Positions 50,728 through 59,537 of a stretch of DNA of 64,000 nucleotides are shown here, piece after piece. The DNA is from Spirochaetales bacterium (GTDB lineage: Bacteria > Spirochaetota > Spirochaetia > SZUA-6 > DRHE01), in assembly GCA_030615505.1 (NCBI GenBank), contig JAUWZD010000009.1, positions 1,563-65,562 on the forward strand. Reading direction: 5' to 3'. The notes under the pieces are model-generated. The model was not told the DNA's origin and ran no database searches. It worked only from the letters and a program-made list of their open reading frames with translations. The position numbers and the translations under genes were made by a program. The stretch's first letter is position 1. Each line of letters starts with the position of its first letter.

Positions 50728-51321
50728 TCAAGCTCTTTTTTCAGATTTATTTTCACCTCCTTTGCACAGCTTATTAACAGGCACTAAATATTGAATTTGA
50801 TCTTCCTTTTTGTCCCGATTCTTTTTCAAGTGCTCAAAGTCAGCATCAAATTGGGATTGCACAAGCAATTCGGAGAATGTATTCTTTAGGATAATTCCAG
50901 CGGGGAGAGTTTTACCACTTCTCTTTGAGGAGTTATCCCGCAAACAAATGGGAAGCTGCCTCGGCTGGCCCGAAAGGGGCTTATACGAAGTGGAGCTCTC
51001 CCCATTTTTGATATGAGTTTGCTGACTCTTTTTTAGCTTATCCATATTTTTTGAATTTGCGGAGTTCTTTTTTCGTTGAGATTTGCTGGGGAACTTTTCC
51101 AGTTCAACAATTTTACTCTCTTCGTGATCCAAAAGATCCAGCTCAATTCGGATCTCCTCTTCAACCTCCTGGAAATCAAAAGGTAACGCTGCTGCTTGCT
51201 CCATCGGTCCATAAATCTTTGTAGTAGATACAGATACCTGGTATATATTCTCTAAAATCCCTTCGGAGACGCGCGTAAGACAGAGTTCTTGAAATCGTCT
51301 GAGAAACTCCTCTCTTTCCAT
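50728..51321 (-). CDS. hypothetical protein (charged, low-complexity middle)
   Basis: 197-aa ORF without recognisable motif. Confidence 0.5.
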   Translation of the reverse strand: MEREEFLRRFQELCLTRVSEGILENIYQVSVSTTKIYGPMEQAAALPFDFQEVEEEIRIELDLLDHEESKIVELEKFPSKSQRKKNSANSKNMDKLKKSQQTHIKNGESSTSYKPLSGQPRQLPICLRDNSSKRSGKTLPAGIILKNTFSELLVQSQFDADFEHLKKNRDKKEDQIQYLVPVNKLCKGGENKSEKRA

Positions 51322-51624
51322 CTTAACAATCGCTGCTAAACAAATACGATTTTCTTAATAAATAGCTGAGAGTCTCTTTCAAGGCTTGGGGTAAAATCTG
51401 TCAAACTCTGGTGAAATGATAACGGTTTCTCTTAACGAATATTCCTTTAGAAAAGTAAGAACTTCATATGCCATTGAGGTCTCGGGAAGTTCTGCCTTTC
51501 CAAGGAGGACAACTCAACAGCTTCAATAAACGACTTGGAGCGAACCTGGATTATCCGGCGTAAGATGATCTTGCTGAAAGGTATCAACGGGGTTTAAAGG
51601 TACTATGCGGAATAATCCGGGAGG

Positions 51625-51953
51625 CGGCATACCACCGCGGTCCACCTCCTCAGGTCGGGGGTCGACATCAATACCATCCGAGCTTGACTGTGACACGTCT
51701 CTTTGGAGACTACAAACCGCTATGCCGAAGTAGACCTCGAAATGAAGGCAAAAGCCTTGGCGACATGTGCAGTGACTCCTCGAAAGAAGAAAGCCGATCG
51801 TGAACCTCTGTGGCGTAAGGATCGCGATCTGATGGATTTCCTGGCTTCGCTGTAGCTGCTGGTAATCCGATTATGTGGTGAGGATTCGACCTAACATTCT
51901 ATGCCTGAAGGATTTACCGGGCTTACGCCACATAAATCGCCACACCACATAAC
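51625..51953 (+). mobile_element. RIT-element remnant: 3' end of third tyrosine recombinase plus terminal repeats
   Basis: RHTTAVHLLRSGVDINTIRA*L*HVSLETTNRYAEVDLEMKAKAL...DLMDFLASL*, then ttatgtggtg...cacataa..cacataac. Confidence 0.75.
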
Positions 51954-51979
51954 AGCAAGGATCACAGACCTGATTTAAA

Positions 51980-52491
51980 GCAATTCATATGAAAACTTAA
52001 AAATCTTAGGTGCATTGAATCAAGAAGAAAATATTCAGTTTATCTTTCGAATGCCTGAAACATATAAGGAATGTTTGCGAGTAATAAAGGATGCAACCCA
52101 AGCGGATTCATGGATTACTATAGGCAAATTATCTTAAGAAGCATCTCATCATAATCGGCCCACAGCTGAGTACAAGAGTTACGAATCAAAAGTAACGATA
52201 GAGGGCAAGGAATATAGAGCAATAGTAATTCATTCCGATGTTTTGGATAAGCGAAGGCAAAAGAAAATTGCTCGTAGATTAAAACAATATAAAACTGAGA
52301 TAGAAAAAACATATAAAAAGGTAAAAAAACTTGAGTTTCAGAGTGAACAAACTGCTAAAGCTTTTATCGAGATACTACCAGAGGGTAAGTATCATAGACT
52401 TGAATGGGGAATAGAAAAACAAGAAATCTATAAACGTGGTCGACCTAAAAAGGATAAAAAAAAGAAGTTGCCAAGATTTACTACAAACTGA
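51980..52491 (+). mobile_element. IS1634-like transposase internal fragment
   Basis: FIFRMPETY..., YRAIVIHSDVLDKRRQK, F....A, KRGRPKK; in-frame stop, both ends missing. Confidence 0.65.
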
Positions 52492-52604
52492 AAGTTAAGG
52501 TTATTCCAGATGGAAAATTGTGTGAGATGCATTCAAAAAAAGAATCTTAATTCTTCCGGCGCCGGGTGAATTTCCTGAGAGATCTGTTTTTGCTTCAAAC
52601 CGCC

Positions 52605-52815
52605 CTACCAAACAGACACAGTATCAGGATAGCCGTGGATGAGCTGGTCGGGGGTCAGAATTTTCATACCCTGTATCTGCGATGTTGTAATGATTATCCG
52701 GTCGCACGGGTCTTTATGAATAGCAGGCAGCGCACTTGCTCGATCTGCTATAAGCCAGTCAATCGGAATATCCTGGATGCCGTGGAAGAAGAGAGCCTTA
52801 AAATAGAAAACTGGC
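52605..52815 (-). pseudogene. VapC (PIN) toxin C-terminal fragment
   Basis: IPIDWLIADRASALPAIHKDPCDRIII...ILTPDQLIHGYPDTVSVW*. Confidence 0.75.
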
Positions 52816-52852
52816 TTTAGTAATTTTTACATTCCTTATATTTTTATAGATT

Positions 52853-53179
52853 CTAATCTATTAGTAGTCTTTCCTGCAGCAGAGTCTGCATATCCCTCCT
52901 TCCATCAAGAACACAGTGGATGAAAACATCATTCCCGAGCAATTGATAGATAATTCGATAGGGCTTGAAGTGGATCTCAAGGAAATCAGATACAGCTATT
53001 CTCTCAAGTTCTGGCGGGATATTTCCCATGGCCGGATAACTTTCCAGTTTTAAAATAGCGTTTTTTATATTTTCAATAAGGCTGTGGGCTTTTGAAGAGG
53101 AATAGCGCTCGCTGGTATATCTATAGATATCAAAGAGATCTTCTTCAGCATCAGATACGAGATGAATGTTATACTTCAT
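52853..53179 (-). CDS. RelE/ParE-family toxin
   Basis: AEEDLFDIYRY, L..YP.MG..PPEL, YRIIY, V.I..VLDGRRD. Confidence 0.9.
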   Translation of the reverse strand: MKYNIHLVSDAEEDLFDIYRYTSERYSSSKAHSLIENIKNAILKLESYPAMGNIPPELERIAVSDFLEIHFKPYRIIYQLLGNDVFIHCVLDGRRDMQTLLQERLLID

Positions 53180-53459
53180 TTTCCCGGAAGACCGAGATTC
53201 TCTTTTCTAGATCATTAAACGAATCATGGAGAGGTTTTATCCTGCCCTTTTTTAAGTTACCGCTGCTCTTAGCAAGAATTTTTAAAAGTGCAAGACTCTC
53301 CTGTGTCTGTTCATATACACGTATGTCCTGAACAATAACCTTTGCTACTCCATTTTGTGTAATAACTAAAGTTTTACGATTATCAGTAACATCTCGAATA
53401 ATTTCCGATGCGTGCACTTTCAAATAGCTTATAGGTTTAATTGAATCTGCCAGTTTCAT
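53169..53459 (-). CDS. Phd/YefM antitoxin
   Basis: IKPISYLK.HASEII...LVITQNG.AK; overlaps the toxin; upstream palindrome gactata-a-tatagtc. Confidence 0.9.
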   Translation of the reverse strand: MKLADSIKPISYLKVHASEIIRDVTDNRKTLVITQNGVAKVIVQDIRVYEQTQESLALLKILAKSSGNLKKGRIKPLHDSFNDLEKRISVFRENEV

Positions 53460-53560
53460 TATTCCCCCTATCTATTCTTGACTATAATATAGTCCGTATT
53501 TTGGTATAGTACAAGTGTTAGAAACTTTAAACAGGGCAAACTCATTTAAAATGGAAGACG

Positions 53561-53596
53561 CCTACCAAACAGACTCAGTATCAGGATAGTCGTGGA
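53561..53596 (+). repeat. 36-bp direct repeat of 52604-52639 (3' end of vapC fragment)
   Basis: cctaccaaacagac(a/t)cagtatcaggatag(c/t)cgtgga, 34/36 identical. Confidence 0.85.
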
Positions 53597-53599
53597 ATG

Positions 53600-53848
53600 A
53601 AGGTACAATCTATAAAAGGTTAAGCAAGTTAGCCCTACTGCTCCCTTTGTAAATTCGTATAGATCAAGTTCAATAACCTCAATCCCTCGTTTTCTTGATT
53701 CTTTAGTTATTTTCAAATTAAATGCAGAGACAATAACTTTTTTTAAGGGTAATAGGAAGGAGATTCAGTGCGCAGGTAAGTAATACTTCATCTGTGGCTT
53801 CTATAAGATCAAAACCTTTGTTTTCCAACAATAAGATGGTGTTATAAC
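53600..53848 (-). pseudogene. amidinotransferase/arginine-deiminase family C-terminal remnant
   Basis: ALNLL..., RGIEVIELDLYEFTKG...LTCLT. Confidence 0.45.
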
Positions 53849-53852
53849 CGAA

Positions 53853-54150
53853 TTGGGAGGCATGCTGGCCGTTGCCTGGACTAACTTTTTTCAGATTTTA
53901 ATAGTACTGGTGGGGTTGATCATAATTCTGCCCCTGTATATCAGTCTGGCAGGAGGATGGAGTAAAGTAGTTATGGCTACATCAAAGAATTTCTTTGCCA
54001 TTTTACCGGCCAAGAGTTCGGAACTAGCGTCTCCGGACTTAGGCGGCTGGCTGTGGTGGATCAGAGCCATACTGGGTGTCATACCCGTTTACCTTGCCTT
54101 TGTGGCTATGGCCCTGATCAGCAAGGGTGTCCTGGATGGGGCCGTGATAG
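53853..54150 (+). pseudogene. diverged partial copy of the SSS gene at 8385..9920
   Basis: GGMLAVAWTNFFQIL...PDLGGWLWWI.AILG/VIPVYLAFVA aligns with 8893-9305, with a 117-bp deletion. Confidence 0.9.
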
Positions 54151-54296
54151 CAGTTGTCTTCCTTTATTTCTGTGGCGGCTATTCATTCTTGGGCCCGTTC
54201 ATTAACTACAACGTTTCTCGGTTAAGCAAAGTTGCCTATATTCATCTTTTGAATACCTAAAACCGTCTACTCTCGAATGCAATCATAGTTTTAATC

Positions 54297-54408
54297 CATT
54301 TAACGAGTAAGCTAACCGGCGCCGCCGAAAAAAAGGCCCTTTCGTTCAACAAAAACAGGTTCCCGATCTTAAACACCCGTCGGCGTCAGGTTAAGCGATT
54401 TGTTAGAC
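54297..54408 (-). other. integron attC recombination site
   Basis: Minus strand: R'' GTCTAAC, 5 nt, L'' GCTTAACC ... L' GGTTAGC, 6 nt, R' GTTAAAT; extra base in L''; inner stem acgccgac/cggcggcg; downstream of mazF. Confidence 0.85.
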
Positions 54409-54495
54409 CCACTCTTGCATCTATACCAGAACGATTATCTGATTTTCAAAACCGACTATACCTCCAATAGGCAGATGAATCATATGTGCAGTGCA

Positions 54496-54837
54496 TCACG
54501 GTGAAAACATCTCTTGTAAGATTGTCAGGACATTATTAAGAACTACTGACGGTAATCGACCGAGAGACCGTATAATACGATCGTGATCGACAGTACGGAT
54601 TTGATCAAGAACTATATAACCAACCTTCCTCTGAAACCGACAGGTGACACGAAAAGGATATGGATGATCGCCGGTTGTCATTGGAGCAACGATGAATGTC
54701 CTTAAGTGGGTGTTCAGTTCATCTGGTGAAACCACGACACAAGGACGAGTCTTCCGTATCTCGCTACCAAGAGTCGGATCTAGATTGACGAGGAAAATAT
54801 CTCCTCGATGTACCTCCTCGACCGTCACCATTGCCAC
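54496..54837 (-). CDS. mazF: MazF/PemK endoribonuclease toxin
   Basis: RGDIFLVNLDPTLGSEIRKTRPCVVVS, VAPMTT, DQIRTVD. Confidence 0.95.
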   Translation of the reverse strand: MAMVTVEEVHRGDIFLVNLDPTLGSEIRKTRPCVVVSPDELNTHLRTFIVAPMTTGDHPYPFRVTCRFQRKVGYIVLDQIRTVDHDRIIRSLGRLPSVVLNNVLTILQEMFSP

Positions 54838-55073
54838 TCATTCTCATCGAAGTGAGTAGGAGAAGGAGGATCCAGAAGCTGATCTCCCTTTCGATCGTGG
54901 AGAAGTTTCGCAGCTTCCGCCCATCCTGAACGGCGCTTCATTCTAGAGGTGATAATGATAGCCCCTTCGCGAACGTGAATGTCAACTTCATCATTGAGTT
55001 TAGCCTCTTCGATAAATGGTTTAGGCAGACGCACTCCTCGAGAGTTTCCTATTTGAACAAGTCGTGCTTTCAT
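54825..55073 (-). CDS. mazE: MazE/AbrB antitoxin
   Basis: LVQIGNSRGVRLPK...R.GW; overlaps mazF. Confidence 0.93.
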   Translation of the reverse strand: MKARLVQIGNSRGVRLPKPFIEEAKLNDEVDIHVREGAIIITSRMKRRSGWAEAAKLLHDRKGDQLLDPPSPTHFDENEWQW

Positions 55074-55092
55074 GTTTCAGAACCTCCGCACG

Positions 55093-55128
55093 GTAATTAC
55101 AATATAATCACGACTGGTTTGTCTGTCA
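55093..55128 (-). promoter_or_regulatory. mazEF promoter/operator
   Basis: Minus strand TTGACA-N17-TATATT overlapping gtaattac/ataatcac repeats. Confidence 0.6.
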
Positions 55129-55335
55129 ATACCTCAGTAGAGTGATATCCAGTAGTATTCTTGGGATGGTTAAAATGCGACTTCTATTTGTTTCTTTTGG
55201 GTTTTCACACGATTTTTTCATAAAGTTGATGACACTATTTTCATCATTTTATCGTAAAGCTAAATCCTTTTAAAAAAAGTTCAGATCTTTAGGAGATTAA
55301 CATTTTCCATTTAAATATTGTACAGTTTTGAAGCA

Positions 55336-55355
55336 GTATAACAAATTTATATGTA
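55336..55355 (-). other. candidate attI core site
   Basis: Minus strand ...tataaattt-GTTATAC, about 60 bp upstream of the intI start; 6/7 match to the complement of the cassette R''. Confidence 0.35.
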
Positions 55356-55403
55356 TTATTGTATTGTAGCCGCATAAGTAGAAAAAGGCAACGATAGGTG
55401 GAT

Positions 55404-56085
55404 ATGAATTTTAGAAGTTATCTGGACCATGTAGTGAATATACCACGAGGTAAAATCTCTTACTATATTAGATGAGTTAATCGCTATTTATCTTTTGTAA
55501 AAAGAGAGTAATACATTATAGAAAACCCCGAGAGTGTTAAATCATTTATTACCTATATACCCTAATTCCGGTTGGCCTGACTGGCTTGTAAGGCAGGCAG
55601 AAGATGCCGTTAGGTACTATTTCTATTTTAATGAAAAAAAGAAACGAAACAGTACTTAAGGAACAACAAATGCAAAAAACAAATATACGGACACTGAAGA
55701 TTCCTTAGCCCAGGCCATTCGTGATACAAGAAAAGTTCTCAGACTGAAACAAAGATCCTTACGAACGGAAAAAAGTTATCTTTGCTGGCTTCGTCGCTTT
55801 ACAGAATATCTGAAATATCCTCCCATATCGGAATTTACGGCTGATGATCTTAAACACTACCTTTCTCATTTAGCTGTAGATAAGCATGTCTCAGCTGCAA
55901 CCCAGAATCAAGCATTCAACGCACTTCTCTTTTTCTACCGACATATTATTAAGGTGGAAATATCAGATTTAAGTGGATCCATTCGTTCAAGAGTCCCTCA
56001 ACGCCTGCCTGTTGTTCTGACAAAAAAAGAGATTCAGATTATTTTAATTCATCTTTCAGGGGTCAGCTAACTTATGGCTTCTATC
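55404..56085 (+). pseudogene. intI: integron integrase, N-terminally extended type, truncated before the catalytic domain
   Basis: ISYYIR*VNRYL; RLKQRSLRTEKSYLCWLRRF; YLSHLAVDKHVSAATQNQAFNALLFFYR; RLPVVLTKKEI; *LMASI, then homology ends. Confidence 0.85.
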
Positions 56086-56192
56086 ACTCGGTTTTTCCGC
56101 CAGAACGATTGACTTCATCTTAAGACACTACCCTCCTGGGGAGTATACCGTGAAGCAAAAGAAATGGTAAATGAATAAACCCATAAAACGTA

Positions 56193-57797
56193 TCAAACTG
56201 TGGGGACCACGAATTGCTCGACGAAGTATCGAGCGGACAGAGGATCACCGGTCGCCTTTTCGATCATTTCATTCCAGTGGTAAAGTTTCCCCGGCTTGAA
56301 TATCTTGTACCTGAAGAACTGTCCCACCCTTTTCTGGTTTACAAACTTCACCTTCTCATGGTTATCTGCCAGATGGATGTTCTGCACAATATAGTGATGC
56401 ATCTGGGAGGCGAGCAATTCACCCAGCAGGTAGTTGTGATAGTAACAAGGTGCCGAGGCAAAATGGATCTTGGAGGCCCAGTCCGGTTCACTCCGGCCTT
56501 CGGGCGTATTCACTAACTGATACTTTTTAACCGTCTGCCACCAGAGCGCATTGAGGTCCTGATCGGGATTATCGTAGAGATGCTTTTCAAAAGCGTACAT
56601 CACCATGGCCCAGCGAGCAAAGATGAGTTGTTTGAGCCGGGCGTACCGGGAACTCACCTGCTCGATTTCCGTCCGCTGCTTATCGGAAAGCCCTATCATG
56701 GCCTGCATCCAGCCGGCATCTCGGCTCAATCGGCCAAAGAACATGGCCACTGCTTCGGTTGTAAAGATATGAGCCGGCTCTCGAAGCAGGTACGGTATCT
56801 GTGGATCGTGATACAGATCGTACACCCCGTGACCCAATTCGTGCAGGATCGTCTCCATCCAGCGCTCAACATTCTTGATATTGCACAAAATCCTTACGTC
56901 CCCCTCGCGATCCATGTCCTCGCAGAAGGCGTGGGGATTCTTTCCGTCTCGCTCGTAAAGATCGCTGCGATCGAGTATAGATTCTACCGGCAGATCCAAA
57001 CTTGCATAGAAACGCTTTGCTATTTCTTTCACATCCCGGTCTCTGTAATAGGCGTCCAGGTCAAGATCGTAGACCAGGGGTGTTTCCTGGAAGAACGGAT
57101 CGTGATAATGCCAGGGCATGAGATCAGGCGGATCAACACCGTATGTTTTTGCCAGCATCCCATCCAGCTCTGCCTTTAACTCGGAAAAGGGTCCACGGGT
57201 CAGCTTATCGAGTTGATTGAAAATGGAATCTAACTCATCCACCTCTTGCTCCGCTGTGGTAAGGGAAAGGCTGTGGTAATTATCAAATCCTAATCCCCGG
57301 GCCCCTTCGTTTCGCAGTCTGATCAGTTGTAAGAGATCCTCTGCAACCCACTGGCCCACCTGTTTGCTGGCAAGCCAGGCCTCCTTTCTGTTGTCTGAAT
57401 CTGTTTCGGATTTCAGTATCTCTTTGATCTCGTTATCGGTGACCTTCTTCCCCCTTAAGATGCCCCGAAAGGTGCTGAACTTCCTGTCAACCATAGTCTC
57501 CAACTCCACGATCTTCGTGAGCAGGTTCGGCTCTATCTGATTCGCAAGGTAGGCATTGTACAGAACATCGAGTTGGCGGGTCATTACCCTGTCCTCTACC
57601 GATCCGGTATTTTTAAGCTTTTCCAGCCGAGCGAACTCTTCCGTGTTGCTGTAGATCCTCCGTATTTCAAGCTCCAGCTTGCCGTATCTATCGTATGCCG
57701 TAGACCTACCGGAGATCGCTGCCTCCCAATAAGCAAGCTTTACCTGTTTCATCAAAGGCTTGATTCGTTTGAGGTGTTTTTCAATAAACTCGATCAA
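56193..57797 (-). CDS. M3/M2-like zinc metallopeptidase (oligoendopeptidase-type)
   Basis: RN..AR.LGF.NY, PW.Y, DLY.R.GK, HELGH, EAVA, W..K.H, YY.NY. Confidence 0.88.
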   Translation of the reverse strand: MIEFIEKHLKRIKPLMKQVKLAYWEAAISGRSTAYDRYGKLELEIRRIYSNTEEFARLEKLKNTGSVEDRVMTRQLDVLYNAYLANQIEPNLLTKIVELETMVDRKFSTFRGILRGKKVTDNEIKEILKSETDSDNRKEAWLASKQVGQWVAEDLLQLIRLRNEGARGLGFDNYHSLSLTTAEQEVDELDSIFNQLDKLTRGPFSELKAELDGMLAKTYGVDPPDLMPWHYHDPFFQETPLVYDLDLDAYYRDRDVKEIAKRFYASLDLPVESILDRSDLYERDGKNPHAFCEDMDREGDVRILCNIKNVERWMETILHELGHGVYDLYHDPQIPYLLREPAHIFTTEAVAMFFGRLSRDAGWMQAMIGLSDKQRTEIEQVSSRYARLKQLIFARWAMVMYAFEKHLYDNPDQDLNALWWQTVKKYQLVNTPEGRSEPDWASKIHFASAPCYYHNYLLGELLASQMHHYIVQNIHLADNHEKVKFVNQKRVGQFFRYKIFKPGKLYHWNEMIEKATGDPLSARYFVEQFVVPTV

Positions 57798-57977
57798 TTG
57801 TCACTCCTTCTCTTTATTCCTTTTTTACGGTATGGTCGTGAAAATTTCCTTGAGCATGCATTTGATTATGGAGCTTCCTGTGAGCAGATTATTGATAGTA
57901 AAATTTAATTGACAGTAAAATTCATATCACAGGATGGTCGAGATATCAAGGAGATGAGAGAAATTTTCACTAATATA

Positions 57978-58044
57978 AAATGCCGGAGATTCCCGCTGCC
58001 CAGGCATCCGGGCGGGCTAAATACCACAACAACAATGTCAACCT
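57978..58044 (+). repeat. 67-bp copy of an internal aor segment (11340-11406)
   Basis: 62/67 identical; encodes MPEIPAA.ASGRAKYHN.NVNL. Confidence 0.9.
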
Positions 58045-58128
58045 TTCTAAAAGCACGAGAGAAATCTATATGACTGGGGCTTAAATGCGAAGATCTTTTC
58101 TTATAAATGTTTATTAATACTTATTGGC

Positions 58129-59052
58129 CTATGCCCTGCCCATAACCAGAGCAAGCAGTGCCATTCTCAAATATACACCGTTATGGGCCTGGCGGAAGTA
58201 TGCGGCATTGGGAAGCACATCCACATCGGTGGAGATTTCATCGACCCGCGGCAGGGGATGCATAATGGCAATGCCTTTCTTCCCTTTCTCAACAAGTTCC
58301 CGGTTCAGCACATAGCTCCCTTTAAGGCGCTCATACTCAGCCGGATCTTTAAAACGCTCCTGTTGAATGCGGGTCATATAGATTATGTCTGCCTGAAGGG
58401 CGTCTTCGATCCGGGCTGTACTATCTACCGTTATTCCTCTATCCTCCATATCCGAAGTGATGCGGTCCGGCATTCTAAGCTCATCCGGGGCGCAGTATAT
58501 ATACTGAGGATTAAAAGGAGCCAGCGCATAGGAGAGTGAGTGCACGGTGCGCCCGTATTTAAGATCACCCACCATGGCGACTTTAAGCCCCTCCAGGCCT
58601 CCCTCCTCCTTCTGAATAGTGTATAGGTCAAGCAGAGCCTGGGTGGGATGCTGTCCGGATCCGTCTCCGCCGTTGATGACAGGAATCTCCACAGCGTCCG
58701 CTATAATCTTTGCTCCGCCTGTCTGGGGCTGGCGTATCACGATACAGTCCACATACCCGGCCACGGTTTTACCCATATCCGCTAAGGACTCTCCCTTTTT
58801 GGCTGATGAACTCCCTGCATCGGCCACTGTAATCGGCCGGGCTCCCAGCCTGTTTATGGCTGTTTCAAAGGAAAGCCGTGTGCGGGTGGATGGCTCTAGA
58901 AAGATAACAGCTACCAGTTTGTCTTTGAGCAGGTCAGAGATTCGCTGTTTTTTCACAAGCTCTTCCATCTGTGCAGTAACCTTCATTATATGCAGAAGAT
59001 CCTCTTTAGATAGATCTTCTGTAGTCAGTATGTCCCTGCCCTCAAAACTCAT
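58129..59052 (-). CDS. pyrB: aspartate carbamoyltransferase catalytic subunit
   Basis: EPSTRTRLSFE, KGESL.D, HPTQALLD, GDLKYGRTVHSL, TRIQQERF, MHPLPR. Confidence 0.93.
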   Translation of the reverse strand: MSFEGRDILTTEDLSKEDLLHIMKVTAQMEELVKKQRISDLLKDKLVAVIFLEPSTRTRLSFETAINRLGARPITVADAGSSSAKKGESLADMGKTVAGYVDCIVIRQPQTGGAKIIADAVEIPVINGGDGSGQHPTQALLDLYTIQKEEGGLEGLKVAMVGDLKYGRTVHSLSYALAPFNPQYIYCAPDELRMPDRITSDMEDRGITVDSTARIEDALQADIIYMTRIQQERFKDPAEYERLKGSYVLNRELVEKGKKGIAIMHPLPRVDEISTDVDVLPNAAYFRQAHNGVYLRMALLALVMGRA

Positions 59053-59537
59053 CTCTTACTCCTTTCACGGATCTTCTCAGCGCCGGTTTTTATAGCTTTA
59101 ATAATGTTAATGTATCCTGTACAGCGGCAGAGGTTGCCCCTAATAGCCTCTTTTATCGCAGAATTGGAGGGATCCGGATTTTTATCCACCAGGGCCTTTG
59201 CCGATAGAATCATTCCCGGGGTACAGAACCCGCACTGTACTGCACCCTCTTCAATAAAAGCCTCCTGCAGGGGATGGAGCTCTTTATTCCCTTCCGGGAC
59301 AAGCCCCTCGATTGTAGTGATCTCCCGGCCGGCTGCAGAAACCGCCAGGGTCTGGCAGGAAAGAATAGCCCTGCCGTTAAGAATTACTGTACAGGCGCCG
59401 CACTCTCCGATACCGCAGCCGTATTTGACTCCTATTAGATGAAGCTTGTCCCGCAGTACATTCAGCAGAATTTCATTAGGCTTAACCTCAATGGAATGCT
59501 CTTTTCCATTGACTTTCAAAACAATGGGTATTCTCAT
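59049..59537 (-). CDS. xanthine dehydrogenase family small [2Fe-2S] subunit (CoxS-like)
   Basis: GCGIGECGACTV, QCGFCTPG, GNLCRCTGY. Confidence 0.95.
   Translation of the reverse strand: MRIPIVLKVNGKEHSIEVKPNEILLNVLRDKLHLIGVKYGCGIGECGACTVILNGRAILSCQTLAVSAAGREITTIEGLVPEGNKELHPLQEAFIEEGAVQCGFCTPGMILSAKALVDKNPDPSNSAIKEAIRGNLCRCTGYINIIKAIKTGAEKIRERSKR

Noticed and set aside
52604-53596. 36-bp repeat pair as a CRISPR array
   Set aside because: Only two copies, 957 bp apart; they encode a vapC C-terminus; no cas genes.
12725-55475. TGA at expected Trp positions (ISAzo13, DUF2202, RIT recombinase, intI), suggesting genetic code 4 or selenocysteine
   Set aside because: Many intact genes end in TGA with coupled starts. 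TAA and TAG nonsense codons, frameshifts and deletions occur in the same relics, so ordinary TGG>TGA decay explains it.
56128-56147. TACCC..GGGGAGTA sequence resembling a CsoR/RcnR operator
   Set aside because: Imperfect, and no metal-related gene follows.
57978-58044. aor repeat as a diversity-generating retroelement template/variable pair
   Set aside because: Mismatches are not restricted to adenines in either copy, and there is no reverse transcriptase in the window.
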